Source of the DNA: Bacteroidota bacterium
GTDB lineage: Bacteria > Bacteroidota > Bacteroidia > Chitinophagales > JADIYW01
DNA length: 64,000 bases
Assembly (NCBI GenBank): GCA_963169645.1
Contig: CAUJCO010000013.1
Coordinates: 469,923-533,922, forward strand
Direction: 5' to 3'
Positions within the stretch are counted from its first letter, which is position 1, and each line of letters begins with the position of its first letter. Both the position numbers and the translations under genes were made by a program. Below, in pieces: positions 59,858-64,000 of this stretch. The notes below the pieces were generated by a model that had not been told where the DNA came from, did no database searches, and saw only the letters and a program-made list of their open reading frames with translations.

Positions 59858-62578
59858 TTAATTAATAATTCCTGTAATTTTCTCTTTATTATACTGCAAA
59901 ATAAATGCCACAAAATATCCTTGTGAGCGAACGACACTTAAAACGTCTTTTGCTTTCTCCAAATTATCAAAGTTTCCGACTCTATATATGTATTTATTAT
60001 ACGCATTTACTTCTTCAATTGTTCCAAACTGTTCAAATTCTGGGAATTTAACATTCTTTTCGTCAAGGCTAGAAATTTGAACTTTATAATACACTTCCGG
60101 TAATTCTATCGTATTTTTTTTAGGAGCCGGTTGTGTTGCAGGTGCATTTGTGTTTACACTTTTCGGTGTAGAGCTTATTTCTGTTGATGAAGGTTTCTTA
60201 TCGACAACCGATTTATTTGCAACCGGAACACCGGTTTCTTTAATTGTTGGAATTGGTTTAATCGTTGGTTGTTCTATTAATGTTTTTATCGTGTCTAATT
60301 GGTGTTGTACTTCAACAGGAACAACTACATTATTGGGTGTTGGTTTTACATCAGGAATAGATGCTATAACAGGTGCTGCAATTTCTTCTTTTGTAGCATG
60401 CTCTTTGATGTCTTCTAAAATAACTTGTTCTATCTTTTTATCTATTTTTTTAGATTTTGGACTGTCATTTGTTTTCTCTACTTTTTGGGTGTTTATCATA
60501 TTGGCAGCAAGTTGAGCCTCTTCATCAACCATAGGTGTTTCTTTAGCTGTCTCTACAACTGTTGTTTTCGTCGTTGCTAAAACGCTTTCCTGTTTCTTTT
60601 CTTCTGTTACCAACATAGTTTTTACGGTATCTTTTAGTGTTACTATCGGTGTTACTTTAGGAACAGCCGATGTCGTATTGGTTGGTATATTGGTTGGTGC
60701 AGTTGGTGTATCTATTTTATTATTCAACACAATAGTTGATGGTATATTATTTTCTTTGTATACTCTGTTTTCGGTTAACTTAAATTTATTACCTGTCAAC
60801 AGATAATCTTTCACTTTTACATTATTGCGTTCTAATCCTAATGTGGTAAGTTCATCGGTGATTTTAAATTGCGGTGTTTCGAAAATAATTTTATAATTGT
60901 TGTTTAATAACAATCGAATTTCAAATCTACCAGAACTATCTATTTCTAATTCTCTTAGTTTTTGCGTTGCGTAGTTCACCATGCGCATTTTTACTTTTGC
61001 CGGTTTATTGGTGCTTGCATCTATCACTTTACCGGTGAACACAATAAAATTATCTAACGATATGGCATTGATGTTGTTATTTTTTATTGCAAATTTTGCA
61101 TCTGGAACCAAGTAATTTTCTACGACAACAGAATCTCCGCTTAGCTTACCATTGGTATTTACTTTGATACTACTTGTTCTGTAGTTATCATTTGAGAATT
61201 TCACTGTAAACGTTTTATTTTTATCTACATTAAATGTAGCTCTACCATTATTATCTGTAACACCTTCATATATTTTATTGCCATTTTCCAGTACTTGCAC
61301 CATTGTATAACTCATGGATTGTTCTGTCAGCGAATCAAAGGCATGTGCAATTAATTTTAAATTAAACGGAATAAATCTGTAAATATCAAAGCCACCATTT
61401 CCGCCTATTCTGTCCGAAACAACATAGCCTGTTTTAATAGCATCATCATATATAATTCCGATATCATCGCCGGCAGAATTAACGGGTGCCGGTTGCATTT
61501 CTACACCTTCCCAAGCTCCGGAAACAGCTGTTGCTTTAAAGATGTCATATCCGCCAAAACCACCATCTCTGTTCGAAGAAAAGTAAAGTTCATTTTCTGC
61601 TTTATTTTGTACCACAAATGGGCTTATCTCATCAGAAGTGGTATTTAGCAGTTTACCTAAATTTGTAGGCTTGCTCCATTTTCCATTTTCCATTTTACTT
61701 TGCCAAATATCAAAACCACCAAGACCGCCCACTTGATTGGATACAAAGAAAAGCGTAGTTCCATTGGCGTTATATGACGGATTTTTGAGCGTTGCATTCG
61801 GTATATTGTGCGGAAATGGTTGAACGTTTAAGAAATTTCCGCCTAAATTTTCTGCAAAATAAAGTTGGTCGTGTGGTTTATTTTGTTTTGCAGTTGCTGG
61901 ATCGTATGCTGAAAAGACAACAAAGTTTCCGTCTTGTGTGTAAGACAAACCGGTAATTATTAATTTTCCGGCACCACTTTTATAGGCAATTTGTGGTTTA
62001 GCGAAATTATCAAAAGAGCGTACAATTTGTTTAATATCATTGGTTGCATTTTTATCATCTGATTTGGTGGTGATATAAATCGGATTGGTACGCAATACTG
62101 CTATTGATTTTTCGTCATCTTTGGTGTTGTATGTATAATTTTCCAATTTATAATTGGCAGTCTGTGAAGATGCTTTTAAAACTGTTTCGCATTGATTGGC
62201 TAAACCCATCACTTTGCTTACATCGCCTGTTTGTGCAGCATACATCAAATAAGCATCTAAAGCTTTTTGATAATTTCCCATTAATTGATTGGTGTATGCA
62301 TAATTATATAAATTGGTTCTTGAGGTATAGATTAGTTGGCTTTCCTTATTATACCATAACATGGCGGTTTCGTAGTCTTTCTTTTTCACATACAGCTCTG
62401 CAATTCTAAATGCATCTTGTGGATCTCTATTTGTGCTGTAATATTGATCTTGATAATATTGAATAACTTTATCCAGTTCGCCTGTAGCAATCAATTTTCC
62501 TATATAGATGGCATCCCATTTTTTTGCAAATGAGACACTCAATATCAACATAAAACTTAAAAAGAAGAATTTTTTCAT
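59858..62578 (-). CDS. large envelope protein: TPR + PD40 (TolB-like beta-propeller) repeats + CarboxypepD_reg-like domains + P/T/K-rich linker + C-terminal SPOR domain
   Basis: Signal peptide from Met at 62578. TPR-like helical N-terminus. PD40 signatures GGLGGFDIWQS, GGFGGYDIFKA and GGNGGFDIYRF. SPOR-like C-terminus YYKVQISSL...YIYRVGNFDNLEKAKDVLSVVRSQGYFVAFI. Confidence 0.7.
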   Translation of the reverse strand: MKKFFFLSFMLILSVSFAKKWDAIYIGKLIATGELDKVIQYYQDQYYSTNRDPQDAFRIAELYVKKKDYETAMLWYNKESQLIYTSRTNLYNYAYTNQLMGNYQKALDAYLMYAAQTGDVSKVMGLANQCETVLKASSQTANYKLENYTYNTKDDEKSIAVLRTNPIYITTKSDDKNATNDIKQIVRSFDNFAKPQIAYKSGAGKLIITGLSYTQDGNFVVFSAYDPATAKQNKPHDQLYFAENLGGNFLNVQPFPHNIPNATLKNPSYNANGTTLFFVSNQVGGLGGFDIWQSKMENGKWSKPTNLGKLLNTTSDEISPFVVQNKAENELYFSSNRDGGFGGYDIFKATAVSGAWEGVEMQPAPVNSAGDDIGIIYDDAIKTGYVVSDRIGGNGGFDIYRFIPFNLKLIAHAFDSLTEQSMSYTMVQVLENGNKIYEGVTDNNGRATFNVDKNKTFTVKFSNDNYRTSSIKVNTNGKLSGDSVVVENYLVPDAKFAIKNNNINAISLDNFIVFTGKVIDASTNKPAKVKMRMVNYATQKLRELEIDSSGRFEIRLLLNNNYKIIFETPQFKITDELTTLGLERNNVKVKDYLLTGNKFKLTENRVYKENNIPSTIVLNNKIDTPTAPTNIPTNTTSAVPKVTPIVTLKDTVKTMLVTEEKKQESVLATTKTTVVETAKETPMVDEEAQLAANMINTQKVEKTNDSPKSKKIDKKIEQVILEDIKEHATKEEIAAPVIASIPDVKPTPNNVVVPVEVQHQLDTIKTLIEQPTIKPIPTIKETGVPVANKSVVDKKPSSTEISSTPKSVNTNAPATQPAPKKNTIELPEVYYKVQISSLDEKNVKFPEFEQFGTIEEVNAYNKYIYRVGNFDNLEKAKDVLSVVRSQGYFVAFILQYNKEKITGIIN

Positions 62579-62595
62579 GCTTGTATTTAATTTAA

Positions 62596-64000
62596 TTAAT
62601 GTGCTTCTAACCAATTTAATCCAAAACCGGCACTTACCTCAATAGGAACTTGTAAAGGTAATGCATTTTGCATTTCTTGAATGACCATTTGCTCGATAAT
62701 TTCTTTTTCCGGAAGATATACATCGAACAATAACTCATCGTGCACTTGTAATATCATTTTAGATTGTAATTTATGTGCTTTTAGTTGCATGTGAATACGA
62801 ATCATAGCCAATTTTATCATATCTGCTGCGGTGCCTTGTATTGGTGCATTGATGGCATTTCGCTCTGCAAAACCACGTACTGTCCAGTTGGCCGCATTGA
62901 TATCTCGCAAATATCTTCTGCGTTGCATTAAAGTTTCCACATAGCCTTTTTGTTTTGCATTGGCAATCGTATCATCCATATATCGTTTAATACCCTTGTA
63001 TTTAATAAAATACTGCTCGATTAAATCGCCGGCTTCTGTTCTGGAAATTCCCAAACGTTGTGCCAACCCAAATGCAGAAATTCCATAAATAATGCCAAAG
63101 TTTACCATCTTAGCTTGTCGACGCATTTCAGAGGTTACATCACTTAAGGCAACATTAAAAACATTGGCTGCGGTGGCTGCATGTATATCTAAATTTTTAT
63201 TAAATGCATCTATCATGTTTTCATCGCCACTAATGGAAGCTACAATTCTTAATTCAATTTGAGAATAATCGGCAGACAATAAGATATGTTGTTCATCTCT
63301 TGGAATAAAAGCCTTTCGTATTCTTCTTCCTCGTTCTGTTCGAATTGGAATATTTTGCAAATTGGGATTAACAGAGCTCAGCCTTCCGGTGGCGGCAATT
63401 GCTTGATTAAACGTAGTGTGAATGCGATTTGTTTTTGGATTTAGCATTGTTGGAATGGCATCCACATACGTTGATTTCAGCTTCGTTAACTCGCGATAAT
63501 CCATTAATTTTTCGGCTATCGGATGTTCGTGTTGAATTTTTTGCAAGGTTTCTTCATCCGTAGAATATTGGCCTGTTTTTGTTTTTTTTCCGGGATATTT
63601 GATGCCCATTTTTTCAAACAAAATATCACCTAATTGCTTCGGTGAATCAATATTAAATTGCACGCCACTATCTGATAAAATCGCTTCTTTTAAACGAATG
63701 ATTTCTGTACTTAATTCAGCTGCATACGTTTTCAAAAAATCGACATCAATACGTACGCCTTCATATTCCATATCTGTTAAAACAGAAATTAATGGTGTTT
63801 CCACTTCATAGAATAATTTATGCAAATGTGTATTATCAATTTCTTTTTTAAATACTTGTTGCAATTGCAAAGTAATGTCGGCATCTTCTGCGGCGTATTC
63901 CGTAATTTTTTCAATCGGCACATCGCGCATATTGCCTTGCTTAGCTCCTTTTTTACCAATTAATTCTTCGATGGAAACCGGTGTATAGCCTAAATAATTT
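62596..64000 (-). CDS. polA: DNA polymerase I, C-terminal polymerase domain (5' part lies beyond the window edge)
   Basis: Family A polymerase motifs DYSQIELR, RRQAKMVNFGIIYG and QVHDELLF. The reading frame stays open to nt 64000 (…YLGYTPVSIEELIGKKGAKQGNMRDVPIEK). Confidence 0.95.
   Translation of the reverse strand, partial: NYLGYTPVSIEELIGKKGAKQGNMRDVPIEKITEYAAEDADITLQLQQVFKKEIDNTHLHKLFYEVETPLISVLTDMEYEGVRIDVDFLKTYAAELSTEIIRLKEAILSDSGVQFNIDSPKQLGDILFEKMGIKYPGKKTKTGQYSTDEETLQKIQHEHPIAEKLMDYRELTKLKSTYVDAIPTMLNPKTNRIHTTFNQAIAATGRLSSVNPNLQNIPIRTERGRRIRKAFIPRDEQHILLSADYSQIELRIVASISGDENMIDAFNKNLDIHAATAANVFNVALSDVTSEMRRQAKMVNFGIIYGISAFGLAQRLGISRTEAGDLIEQYFIKYKGIKRYMDDTIANAKQKGYVETLMQRRRYLRDINAANWTVRGFAERNAINAPIQGTAADMIKLAMIRIHMQLKAHKLQSKMILQVHDELLFDVYLPEKEIIEQMVIQEMQNALPLQVPIEVSAGFGLNWLEAH

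Overview
The window is low-GC, gene-dense chromosomal DNA, most likely from a member of the Bacteroidota. Three things support that. TAnnTTTG (-7 type) promoter boxes sit just upstream of many genes. There is a MurF-Alr fusion, a bshA gene, and a Rho with a disordered N-terminus. Many lipoproteins and PD40/SPOR envelope proteins are present. Most of the content is housekeeping: pheS, serS, cysS, lysS, rho, rpmH-rnpA, ruvC, ftsH, rsfS, birA, trmB, polA, purQ, lysA, cysC-cysD-cysN, anmK, heme A synthase and one tRNA-Met(CAT). I saw no transposase, integrase, CRISPR array, rRNA or recognisable defence system, and no region that clearly looks like an accessory island. The points I would look at again are these. 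(1) rnpA has no ATG/GTG/TTG start, and its frame opens exactly at an A7 slippery run inside rpmH. (2) A LOG-family gene is split by a 1-nt frameshift. (3) A 49-aa Cys/Lys-rich small ORF lies directly upstream of cysS. (4) A tightly coupled TauE / TPMT-like methyltransferase / YeeE-half / DUF983 / YeeE-half cluster is present. (5) A diheme cytochrome c is paired with a parallel beta-helix lipoprotein. (6) An ATPase-less ABC importer operon carries two extra unknown genes. (7) There is a lipoprotein cluster with YD-like motifs next to an OmpA-family protein. (8) A secreted coiled-coil protein unit is tandemly duplicated, terminator included. (9) An octamer tandem repeat abuts the bshA promoter. 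None of these is proven to be a novel system from sequence alone. All functional calls rest on motif-level recognition of the translated ORFs, not on database searches.
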